Origin: a virus
Taxonomy: Duplodnaviria > Caudoviricetes
IMG/VR virus record: IMGVR_UViG_3300033067_001362
Location: 1-32,814 of that record
Length of the DNA: 32,814 bases
Direction: 5' to 3' (one strand)
The translations under genes were made by a program, and so were the position numbers. The notes beneath the pieces were generated by a model that ran no database searches, was not told the DNA's origin, and worked only from the letters and a program-made list of their open reading frames with translations. Below are positions 25,008 through 32,814 of this stretch, piece after piece; within the stretch, counting starts at the first letter, position 1, and the number at the start of each line of letters is the position of its first letter.

Positions 25008-26483
25008 ATGAATCGTTTTATACCGATTACGAAGGTCGACGCCGAGCGACGCGAGGTGTGGGGCGTAGCGGCAGAGGAAGCGCCGGATAAGTCCGACGAG
25101 GTGATGGACTATGGATGGTCCAAGCCGAACTTCGAGAAGTGGTCTCAGGCGATCCAGGCCGCCAGCGGCGGCAAGTCACTCGGCAACGTGCGCGCCATGC
25201 ATCAGCCCATTGCGGCTGGCAAGATCATCGATATGCAACTCGATGATGTGACGAAGACGATCCTCATTGGCACCAAGATCGTCGACGACAACGAGTGGCG
25301 CAAGGTGCAGGAAGGTGTCTACACCGGCTTCAGCGTCGGCGGCAAATATGGCGAGAAGCGCCAACGCGACGGCCGCCTGTTGCGCTACGAAGCCGTGCCC
25401 GAAGAGATCAGCATCGTCGATAACCCGTGTATGCACGGCGCGACGTTCATGATGGTGAAGTCGGGCGGCGCGACTGAGCTGGTGAAGTTCGTCGGCGAAC
25501 CTGCCGATGAGACGCTTGCCAAAGTCGCCGGGGACCTCGGCGAGCTAGCCAAGGCTGGTGCACGCCATAGCGCGGGGGATATGCATCTCCTCCAATCCAT
25601 TCACGACAGTGCGTGCAGCCTTGGTGCTGCGTGCGCTGAAGCCACCAAGGCAGCCGGCAACGGAGACTTGAAGAAGGATGCCGACGAGGCGTCGTGGATT
25701 GCTTGGTCGGCGGGTCAAGCCGTTGGCGACATTTCAAGTGCGCTCGCGTTCGTTGCAGGCCTGTCGGCCAGCATGACGGTCAGCGACCCGGCCACCGCAT
25801 CCAAGCTGCAAACCGCAGCCCAACTCCTCACGTCTGCGCTCAACGATCAAGTCGCCAAGCAGGGCGCGGCCACACAAGCCGCTGCTGCCGACCTTAAAGC
25901 TGATGAAGTGCTTGAAGAGAAGGTCGAAGCCGAGACCGAACAGGCCGCCGGCGACGCTGCCGTTAATGCAGAGTCCGCGGCCGATGACACCACGGGTGGC
26001 ACCACAACTAAAGCAGCCATAAGTGATGAGGCGGCCAAGACCGAAGAGGCGGCTGATGAAGTCGCGACCGACGAGACGGAGGAAGAGATGAACAAAGCCA
26101 TTGACGCGGCGGTCGAAGCCAAGCTGGAGAAATTCTCCACCGAGCTGATCGCCACCGTGAAGACCATTTTGGCAGCCGGTGCTGAACCGCTCGCAAAACT
26201 GAACGGCACGCAAGGCGACCTTGCCAAACGATTCGAGACGATGACGACCGAACTTGGAAAGCTCAACGATCGACTCGTGAAGGTGGAGGCGCGGCCCGTG
26301 TCTGGCCCAGTGTTGCGCGAGATCAACCCAGGCGCGCAAGGTGGAGACGACGCGCGGGCAGCCGCGCTCGATGACCTGATCAAGAACGAGAAAGACCCGA
26401 CGGTGCGCCAAGCCCTGATGGCCCAGCGCGCTCAGCTGGACATCCGCAACGTGCACGCCTCTGGCGGTCGCCGAATCGGTTGA
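25008..26483 (+). CDS. Prohead protease (XkdF/HK97-like) fused to a scaffold region
   Basis: VRAMH, YTGFSVGG and EISIVDNP motifs; acidic coiled-coil C-terminus. Confidence 0.85.
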   Translation: MNRFIPITKVDAERREVWGVAAEEAPDKSDEVMDYGWSKPNFEKWSQAIQAASGGKSLGNVRAMHQPIAAGKIIDMQLDDVTKTILIGTKIVDDNEWRKVQEGVYTGFSVGGKYGEKRQRDGRLLRYEAVPEEISIVDNPCMHGATFMMVKSGGATELVKFVGEPADETLAKVAGDLGELAKAGARHSAGDMHLLQSIHDSACSLGAACAEATKAAGNGDLKKDADEASWIAWSAGQAVGDISSALAFVAGLSASMTVSDPATASKLQTAAQLLTSALNDQVAKQGAATQAAAADLKADEVLEEKVEAETEQAAGDAAVNAESAADDTTGGTTTKAAISDEAAKTEEAADEVATDETEEEMNKAIDAAVEAKLEKFSTELIATVKTILAAGAEPLAKLNGTQGDLAKRFETMTTELGKLNDRLVKVEARPVSGPVLREINPGAQGGDDARAAALDDLIKNEKDPTVRQALMAQRAQLDIRNVHASGGRRIG

Positions 26484-26540
26484 CCCTCGCGTTGCGTGTC
26501 ATCTCGTTTGATCGCCAACTGTTAGACGGAGAAAGCAACC

Positions 26541-28055
26541 ATGAAAAATCTACTCGCTGGGTTGAATGAACTCAGCCAAGACACCATCGACATGTTCCGC
26601 AAGTCTGCCGGCGCGCCGCTCCCAGGCGATCCGCGCATTCTGAACAAGGCCATCACCCAAGCCACTGGCTTGGTGTGGTTCGACCTGCAAGCCCCTGCTA
26701 AGAACTTGTTCCCGGTGATCACACCGATGCGCAACAAGATCCCGCGCGTGAAGGGCGCCGGCGGCAACGCCACCAACTGGAAGGTCGTCACGGCGATCAA
26801 CAGTGGCCGTTTGCGCGGTGCGGTGCCCGAGGGCAAGCGCAACGGCACGGTCAGCACAACCACGGCCGACAAGCTCGCGAGCTACAAGACCATCGGTCTG
26901 GAAGACTCGGTGACGTTTGAGGCTGTGAATGCGGCCGTCAACTTCGAAGACATCCGCGCCACCACAGCGCAGCGCTTGCTGTGGGCCAACATGATCCAGG
27001 AAGAGCGGATCATCTTTGGTGGCAACGGCGACGCCGTTGCCTTGGGCACCACGCCCACGCCGACTGTGGCCAATGCGGCCACCGGCGGCGCCATTGCCGA
27101 CGCGGCCTACAACGTCGTGTGCGTCGCGCTGACCCATGCAGGTTGGCTCGCTTCGAACCTGACGGACGGCCTGCCCGGTGTGCAGACGGTGACCATGCCC
27201 GACGGCAGCACCTACACCTACAACCCCGGCACGGCCATCAAATCGACAGCCGGAACAACGACCACCTCGGGCGGCAACCTCAGCACGATCAGCGCCTCGG
27301 TGGCGGCAGTCACCGGCGCGGTGGCATATGCGTGGTATGTCGGCACGAGCGGCAACGAGAAGCTGGAAGCCATCACCACGATCAACAGCGTGAAGTTGAC
27401 GGCGCTCGCGGGCACGGGCCAGGCGCTCAGCACCCTGTTCACCTCGGATCGCTCGAAGAACGCCTATGAGTTCGATGGCGTGTTGAACCTTGGCTTTGCG
27501 GGCGGCACAGTCCAGAAGCTGGCCACAGGCACAGCTGGCACCGGCACGAAGTTGTCCGCCAGCAACAGCGACGGCGCGGTCGACCAAATCGAGACGCTCC
27601 TGAAGAGCATGTGGGATAACTATCGGCTCTCGCCGAATGTCCTGTATGTGTCCTCGCAAGAGGTCAAGAACATCACCAGCTTGGTGATCAAGAACGGTGG
27701 CAGCCCCATCGTGCGCATGTCGGGCGACTTCGCGAACGGCGTTAACGGTGTGGTGGCGGGCTCGGTGGTCGGCAGTTACCTGAACCGCTACTCGATGAGC
27801 GGCGGGCAACTGATTCAGATCGCGCTGCATCCCGATGCGGCCCCGGGCACGATCCTCGCGCATGCCGACACGCTGCCTTACCCCATCAGCAACGTGCCAA
27901 ACGTGATGGAGATGCACCTTCGCCAAGACTACTACCAGATCGATTGGCCAATCGTGAAGCGCCAATACGAGTCGGGTGTGTATTTCGACGGCGTGCTGGC
28001 GCATTACTTCCCGAGCGCGATTGGCATCGTCACCAACATCGCCGACGGCATCTGA
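26541..28055 (+). CDS. Major capsid protein with an internal insertion domain
   Basis: Position after the scaffold; strong SD; TPMRNKIPRV, QEERIIFGG; Thr/Ala/Gly-rich insert. Confidence 0.85.
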   Translation: MKNLLAGLNELSQDTIDMFRKSAGAPLPGDPRILNKAITQATGLVWFDLQAPAKNLFPVITPMRNKIPRVKGAGGNATNWKVVTAINSGRLRGAVPEGKRNGTVSTTTADKLASYKTIGLEDSVTFEAVNAAVNFEDIRATTAQRLLWANMIQEERIIFGGNGDAVALGTTPTPTVANAATGGAIADAAYNVVCVALTHAGWLASNLTDGLPGVQTVTMPDGSTYTYNPGTAIKSTAGTTTTSGGNLSTISASVAAVTGAVAYAWYVGTSGNEKLEAITTINSVKLTALAGTGQALSTLFTSDRSKNAYEFDGVLNLGFAGGTVQKLATGTAGTGTKLSASNSDGAVDQIETLLKSMWDNYRLSPNVLYVSSQEVKNITSLVIKNGGSPIVRMSGDFANGVNGVVAGSVVGSYLNRYSMSGGQLIQIALHPDAAPGTILAHADTLPYPISNVPNVMEMHLRQDYYQIDWPIVKRQYESGVYFDGVLAHYFPSAIGIVTNIADGI

Positions 28056-28090
28056 GCCTTAAGCAGCTAGACCGAACTGGCTAGTGATTG

Positions 28091-28127
28091 GCCGTGCGCT
28101 TGTTGCGACTCGCAGCAAGCACACGGC
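28091..28127 (+). terminator. Stem-loop after the capsid gene (no U-tract)
   Basis: GCCGTGCGCTTGTTGCG-ACT-CGCAGCAAGCACACGGC. Confidence 0.5.
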
Positions 28128-28139
28128 GAAGGTATGTAA

Positions 28140-28373
28140 ATGGCATCTTTTGCAACCGAATGCAACAGCGTGAGCCACGGCCCTGATGAGTTCTTCGCGG
28201 TCGATGGTGTTGTCGAGATCCCCGATGACAAAGTTGTGTTGTTCGCTGACTGCGTCGCCGGAGGCCTCATCACGCTGGTGACGCCGGGGGAGCCGGTAGC
28301 TGTCGAACCCGTGGAACAGGCGCACGACGAACCCAAGGTGGATAAGGCCGGCAAGGGTAAGAAGAAGAGCTAA
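28140..28373 (+). CDS. Small head-associated protein
   Basis: Typical short post-capsid ORF with Lys-rich tail. Confidence 0.6.
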   Translation: MASFATECNSVSHGPDEFFAVDGVVEIPDDKVVLFADCVAGGLITLVTPGEPVAVEPVEQAHDEPKVDKAGKGKKKS

Positions 28374-28418
28374 TCGCTAGTCGCCCAGCATCTAGCGCAT
28401 CGAGGCAACCAGACAACT

Positions 28419-29006
28419 ATGGCTGACTACTGCACGACTGAAGAGGTTCGCACCGAACTGATCAAGCAGGGCACGTCCGGGGTCGACGATAACGCGATCT
28501 CCGAGCGCATCCCTCGTGCGTGCGCGGCCATCGACGAGCACTGCCGGCATAGCTTCTTTGATGAAACAAAGGTCGACGAAGTGCGGCGTGGCGATCAGGT
28601 GCTGCTCAACCATGACGGCGTCCTGATCATCAGCGTGTCGAAGGGCCATTGTCAAAGCGTGAGCGCTGCGTGCGTGTCGCAAGACTTCAGGACGTGGACA
28701 GCGTTGAATACGGCGGCCATGCTGATCGACAGCTACATGGTGCACTTCATTGGCACCACGGTGCCGCTGGATCGCAGCCGGCCGATCTACGCCAAGATCA
28801 GTTATCAAGGCGGATTCGCGAGTGACGACCGGCGCATGAACTTGATCCGGCAGGCTGCCTGCCGCTGGGCAGCGTTCATGTACATGAAGCGCGGCGCGCC
28901 GTTCGATATCACCGCCTTCCCCGACGTGGGGCAGGTGAATGTGCCGAGCGCGACGCCGGGCGACATTGTGCAAATGCTTGAGCGGTTTGTGAGGCGTCGT
29001 CCATGA
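28419..29006 (+). CDS. Head-tail connector/adaptor
   Basis: MADYCTTEEVR, AIDEHCRHSF, ISYQGGF, IRQAAC, MLERFVRRR. Confidence 0.8.
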   Translation: MADYCTTEEVRTELIKQGTSGVDDNAISERIPRACAAIDEHCRHSFFDETKVDEVRRGDQVLLNHDGVLIISVSKGHCQSVSAACVSQDFRTWTALNTAAMLIDSYMVHFIGTTVPLDRSRPIYAKISYQGGFASDDRRMNLIRQAACRWAAFMYMKRGAPFDITAFPDVGQVNVPSATPGDIVQMLERFVRRRP

Positions 29007-29689
29007 AGAAGGTTCAGCGTTACGACGTCCGGCCAGCTGTGTATGCACTCGCCGCCACTGTGCGCGCCGGGCTTGCGGCCATTGGATCGGGCGCGGCGTT
29101 CGCTGCAACTGTGGCAGGCGGCGCGGTCGCCGGGCTAAGTGTGAGTGCACCTGGCAGTGGGTATGGCAGCTATAGCAAGCTGACCTTCAGCGGCACGGGC
29201 GAAATGGCAGACGCGGTGGCCAGACTCGATGGCGGTGCGTTCGACATGGTGCAGGTGCTCAGCGGTGGCCGTGACTACACAGCGCCGCCGACGGTGCGCG
29301 CCGAACCATATCTGAATGAGGTCTACGACAACGTGCCGCTGATGTTCAGCGACAGTGCGCCGTTCATGTTCTTCGATTACGTCGGCGGCCCCAACGAGCC
29401 GCTCGACGAATTTGAGATGACGACGCGCATCTACACGGTTAACGCGATTGCGTGCCAGGCACTGGCGCAAGAAACGTCGCTAGCCGATATGCGCACGAAA
29501 GAGTTCGTCGGAGTGTTCTATGACCTGATCTGGAACAACCCGACGCTCGATGATCGTGTGGCGCGCTGCATCGTTGTCGCCGACACGGTGCAGACAGTTG
29601 TGCTCAACGGGGCAGATAGCAATACAGGCGCGGTGACGCGCTTTCTAGGCAATGTGTTCACTGTGCAGATCACAGAGGCACAGGGCTGA
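29003..29689 (+). CDS. Tail terminator-like protein with an inserted GSGY beta-repeat domain
   Basis: Position before the tail tube; NPTLDDRV C-terminal motif; insert SAPGSGY...SGGRDYTAPPTV. Confidence 0.55.
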   Translation: MKKVQRYDVRPAVYALAATVRAGLAAIGSGAAFAATVAGGAVAGLSVSAPGSGYGSYSKLTFSGTGEMADAVARLDGGAFDMVQVLSGGRDYTAPPTVRAEPYLNEVYDNVPLMFSDSAPFMFFDYVGGPNEPLDEFEMTTRIYTVNAIACQALAQETSLADMRTKEFVGVFYDLIWNNPTLDDRVARCIVVADTVQTVVLNGADSNTGAVTRFLGNVFTVQITEAQG

Positions 29690-29703
29690 CTAGGAGAAAC
29701 GAC

Positions 29704-30237
29704 ATGGCAGGATTTGGTGATAAGCCTTTTGGCTTGCGACAAGTGAAATTGGTAAACGCAGCGGGCACGGTCACGGTCGACCTCCCGGCGGCAATGACGT
29801 TCAGTTTTGGCGAGAAGATGATCAGCGACACGCTGCGCGGTAATGACCGAACGCTGGCGGCAGCGTCGTTTGCTGATCAAGCCGAATGGGAACTGGAGAA
29901 CGGCGGCATCAGCCTGGAGGCCTATGCGCTGATGACCGGCCGCGCCGTTGTGGCCGGCGGCTCCGGGGCAAACGAAACGACCACGCTCACGCTGAGAGCC
30001 GGCGATGCCTTCCCATATTTCAAGGTCTATGGCAAAGCGCTTGGACCCAACGGCGACGACATCCATGTGAAGCTGACACATTGCAAGTTGATGGGTGATG
30101 GCCTCAACGGTCAGTTTCAGGATGGCAAGTTCCTGATCACCAAGTGCAAGGGCGTGGCGCTTGGCGATGAGGCCAATAACTATCAGTTTGCCGAGATCGT
30201 TCAGAACGAAACCGCGGGCAACCTGCCGACGACCTAA
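29704..30237 (+). CDS. Major tail (tube) protein
   Basis: AGGAG SD; KPFGLRQVKL, LRGND, PYFKVYGK; position before the chaperones. Confidence 0.8.
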   Translation: MAGFGDKPFGLRQVKLVNAAGTVTVDLPAAMTFSFGEKMISDTLRGNDRTLAAASFADQAEWELENGGISLEAYALMTGRAVVAGGSGANETTTLTLRAGDAFPYFKVYGKALGPNGDDIHVKLTHCKLMGDGLNGQFQDGKFLITKCKGVALGDEANNYQFAEIVQNETAGNLPTT

Positions 30238-30240
30238 GCC

Positions 30241-30636
30241 ATGCCAAAAACCCCCAGTGAATACCGAAAGAAACTGCGCGATGGCGAGTGGTGGGTAACG
30301 CCGGATGGGCTCAGGCTGCGTATCCGGCGCGTATCCCTTTTCGCCATGGTCGCGGCTGGATCAATCCCGACGCCACTGACTGCGCAGGCTGAGGAGCTGA
30401 TTGCCAAGTCGGTCAACGTCGTGGAGTCGATGACGAAGTACAAGCCGGTGATGCAGGCCGTATTAAAAGTTGCCGTTTTGGAACCGAAAATCGTCAGCGA
30501 GCAAGTCCCCGAAGACGACGATACGCGCGTCAACATCCAAGAGATTTCGGACGACGACCTGCTCGCGGCATATCTCTGGCTGCAATCTGCGCCGGGGACG
30601 TTGTTGCGTTTTTTAGAAACAGAGCCGAAGTCGTAG
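30241..30636 (+). CDS. Tail assembly chaperone (G-like)
   Basis: Between tail tube and tape measure; ends at a slippery site. Confidence 0.8.
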   Translation: MPKTPSEYRKKLRDGEWWVTPDGLRLRIRRVSLFAMVAAGSIPTPLTAQAEELIAKSVNVVESMTKYKPVMQAVLKVAVLEPKIVSEQVPEDDDTRVNIQEISDDDLLAAYLWLQSAPGTLLRFLETEPKS

Positions 30637-30857
30637 CGTTACATATGGTTGCAGCGACATACGGCGCACGTCCAAGCTCCATTGTTGGCCTTAAAAACCG
30701 GCACGCGGCATATGACTTTGATCTTGCAGTGTTGTTGGTTGCAATGGCCGACAAGCCGGGTTCGGCGGATCAGCGGAGGCGAACACGTGACGAGTATTCA
30801 AGCCTGGCACCGTTTGTCGAGCGCAAGGTGAAGATCCCTGCTAGTGGGATTTGGTAG
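30241..30857 (+). CDS. Tail assembly chaperone GT-like -1 frameshift product
   Basis: T_TTT_TTA at 30609-30615; the -1 frame is open into the 30645-30857 ORF (YGARPS...AYDFDLAV). Confidence 0.75.
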
Positions 30858-30874
30858 CCGGTGGCTGAAGACTG

Positions 30875-32814
30875 ATGGGAATCAAACAAACTACCGTCGG
30901 TGTGATGGTTAATGCCAAAATTACTGGCACGAAGGACGTTGTCGACGGCACCGAGAAGATTAAGAGCAGCGTCAAGAGCGTCAAGAAAGAGGCTGAAGAG
31001 ATCTCCTTCGGCAAGATCCAAGGCCAGTTGAAACAAGCGCTGTCCGGCGACGTCGATGCCGCTCAGGCGCTGGCCGGCAGCCTGAACAGCGTTGGCGTCG
31101 TTGGCGCTGCGGCCGGAGCGGCAGTGGGTCTGGCATTTGCGGCCGTCGCTAAATATGTCGCCGACGTCACACTGGCCACCCAGCAATCTGCACTGGAGTT
31201 GGCGGCGTTCAGACAAAAAATCGGGAACGCTGGCTCGTATGAGTTTCTCGGCGCGATTCGCCAGAGCGCCGAGAAACTCGATGTATCGCTCAATGCGGTT
31301 GAAAGCGGTCTCAATTTCTTCGTCCAGAAGCTACAGGCTACCGAGGGCACAACGGCGGGGTTCGAGGCCGCGCTAAACAAGGTCGCAGATCGCTTCCAGA
31401 CGATGCCCGATGGTGCCGAAAAGAGCAAGCTTGCGATAGAGGCATTCGGCCGCGCGGGCGAATCGCTTGTCCCTATCCTGAACCAAGGCTCTGAAGGCGT
31501 CCAGAAGCTGATGCAGCACATGCGCGACACTGGTCAAGCCATTGACGAAAGCATGGTCGCGACCGCGCAGCGCGCTCAGGCGGCGCAACAGCAACTGAAT
31601 GATACGGTCGATGGCTTCAACACGCGCGTTGGCAGTCAGACTCTGCCCGTTCTTGCAGATGCATTTGCGGGTCTCAACAAAATGATCGACGCCGCCACTA
31701 GTGGTGAGCGCCCGCTTCGCAACTTAAACGACGCGGCCCTTTCACTCGGCATGGGGATCGCGGAGGTCAAGGCCGAAGCTGCCACATCGGCAGGGCCCCT
31801 GTTGTCCATGGGCGCGGCCGCAGTCACAGCGGCTGGGCAACTAGCGTCCGCCGTTGCAATGTTGGGTGGCGCGAAGCAAATCATCGTCGGTGTAAGCACT
31901 ATCTACGGCAAGATCGCGCAGCAGCAATTTGACGCGGCCAGAGCGTCTGTGCAATACGAAGTCGGCTTGCGTGGCCAGATTTCAACCATGGGCGTATGGA
32001 AAGCCGCGGCTACCGGCAATGAACTGGCCATGCGCAAAATCGCGCAGGGCACGCAGGTCGCCACGGGTCGCCTCGACGACTACAACGAAGAGCAGGACCA
32101 ATACGCGCAAATCGCGCTGGAAAGTCAACGCATCACTATTGCCCAGGCCGATGCTATGCGCGCTGTGGGACATGCGGCCGGGGGTGCGGCGAAAGAGATT
32201 GATGCGCTGGCCGAGGCTCAGGACGAACTAAAGAAGCGCACAGACGCCATCAACGGCGGCATTGGCATCTCGACTGACGCCATGTCGAAGGTAGAGCAGC
32301 TCCAGACGGCGTGGAAACTAGCGACGGGACAAACGACGCTGGAGCAACTGCGCCAAGACGCGGCGATGAAGAGCTTGATGAAGTCCTACGACGCCGGCGC
32401 GATCACCATGAGCGATGCGCTGGCAACGCTGGTTGCTTTCCGCAACGGGCAGATCGACATCAACCGGGTGTTCGATGTCGCTGGTGATGCAGCCAAGCCC
32501 TTCAAAGATGAGCTGAATAAGCTCTACACCGACATGGGCGACGGGCTGGCCAAGGTCGCAGATCTGGCAAGCGGCCTCGACAAGTTGCCTGGGGCCAAGA
32601 AGGTTGAGCTGTCAGCCGGCGTCTCGCCAGGCTCTATCAAGGCGCTCGACGATTTGCACGAGCGCATGGCCGCGATTCAAGATCGCGAGGTGACGATCAA
32701 GATCAACGTGGCCGGACTCGAACAACTAGGCGGGCTGTTCCCAGGGGTCGGCCGGACCGGCTCGCAGCCGATCGGGTCTGGCTCCGAGGTTCCAGACCCG
32801 CCCTCGGGCACCGC
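30875..32814 (+). CDS. Tape measure protein (3' truncated by the window)
   Basis: ATG at 30875 (MGIKQTTVGVMVNAKITG); Ala-rich helical open frame; AFGRAGESLVPILNQG motif. Confidence 0.88.
   Translation, partial: MGIKQTTVGVMVNAKITGTKDVVDGTEKIKSSVKSVKKEAEEISFGKIQGQLKQALSGDVDAAQALAGSLNSVGVVGAAAGAAVGLAFAAVAKYVADVTLATQQSALELAAFRQKIGNAGSYEFLGAIRQSAEKLDVSLNAVESGLNFFVQKLQATEGTTAGFEAALNKVADRFQTMPDGAEKSKLAIEAFGRAGESLVPILNQGSEGVQKLMQHMRDTGQAIDESMVATAQRAQAAQQQLNDTVDGFNTRVGSQTLPVLADAFAGLNKMIDAATSGERPLRNLNDAALSLGMGIAEVKAEAATSAGPLLSMGAAAVTAAGQLASAVAMLGGAKQIIVGVSTIYGKIAQQQFDAARASVQYEVGLRGQISTMGVWKAAATGNELAMRKIAQGTQVATGRLDDYNEEQDQYAQIALESQRITIAQADAMRAVGHAAGGAAKEIDALAEAQDELKKRTDAINGGIGISTDAMSKVEQLQTAWKLATGQTTLEQLRQDAAMKSLMKSYDAGAITMSDALATLVAFRNGQIDINRVFDVAGDAAKPFKDELNKLYTDMGDGLAKVADLASGLDKLPGAKKVELSAGVSPGSIKALDDLHERMAAIQDREVTIKINVAGLEQLGGLFPGVGRTGSQPIGSGSEVPDPPSGT

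Larger units (their letters stand above)
1..32814. mobile_element. Temperate siphovirus-like phage/prophage (possibly phage-plasmid), partial; likely Chloroflexota host
   Basis: Repressor, replication, lysis, terminase, portal, protease, capsid, tail tube, frameshifted tail chaperone and tape measure genes in phage-like order; no host housekeeping genes. Confidence 0.95.

Noticed and set aside
26550-28004. Long antisense ORFs (also 13287-14429, 18144-19049, 21960-22913)
   Set aside because: Antisense shadows of GC-rich genes, without motifs or SD support
1-32814. Diversity-generating retroelement, integrase, tRNA or IS element
   Set aside because: No reverse transcriptase, recombinase or transposase motifs, TR/VR pair or cloverleaf noticed by eye

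Overview
The whole window is part of a temperate, tailed (siphovirus-like) phage or prophage genome, probably from a Chloroflexota host (C-terminal 'YLPIVAR' motif, EAD-like domain, LexA-box-like site). From left to right: a leftward early operon; an XRE repressor followed by a DNA methyltransferase-Mrr-like nuclease fusion; a rightward early operon with a plasmid-like replication/partition set (RHH regulator, predicted antisense RNA, wHTH Rep with internal iterons, ParM/ParR-like pair) and three membrane proteins; a low-GC DUF3467-HicB-HicA-like cassette; lysis genes; accessory virion genes; terminase; a portal-MuF fusion; protease/scaffold; capsid; neck/tail genes; and a tape measure gene running off the end. 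The most notable feature is missing from the ORF track: a predicted -1 frameshift (C_CCA_AAC, 6-nt spacer, GC hairpin) in the lysis cassette that would fuse a small membrane protein to an effector-associated (EAD, Death-like) domain. Other highlights are a TGACA-N3-TGTCA operator family at three loci and two promoter-leader-terminator units suggesting late antitermination. No integrase, tRNA, CRISPR array or reverse transcriptase was seen. All family calls are by eye from motifs; no searches were run.
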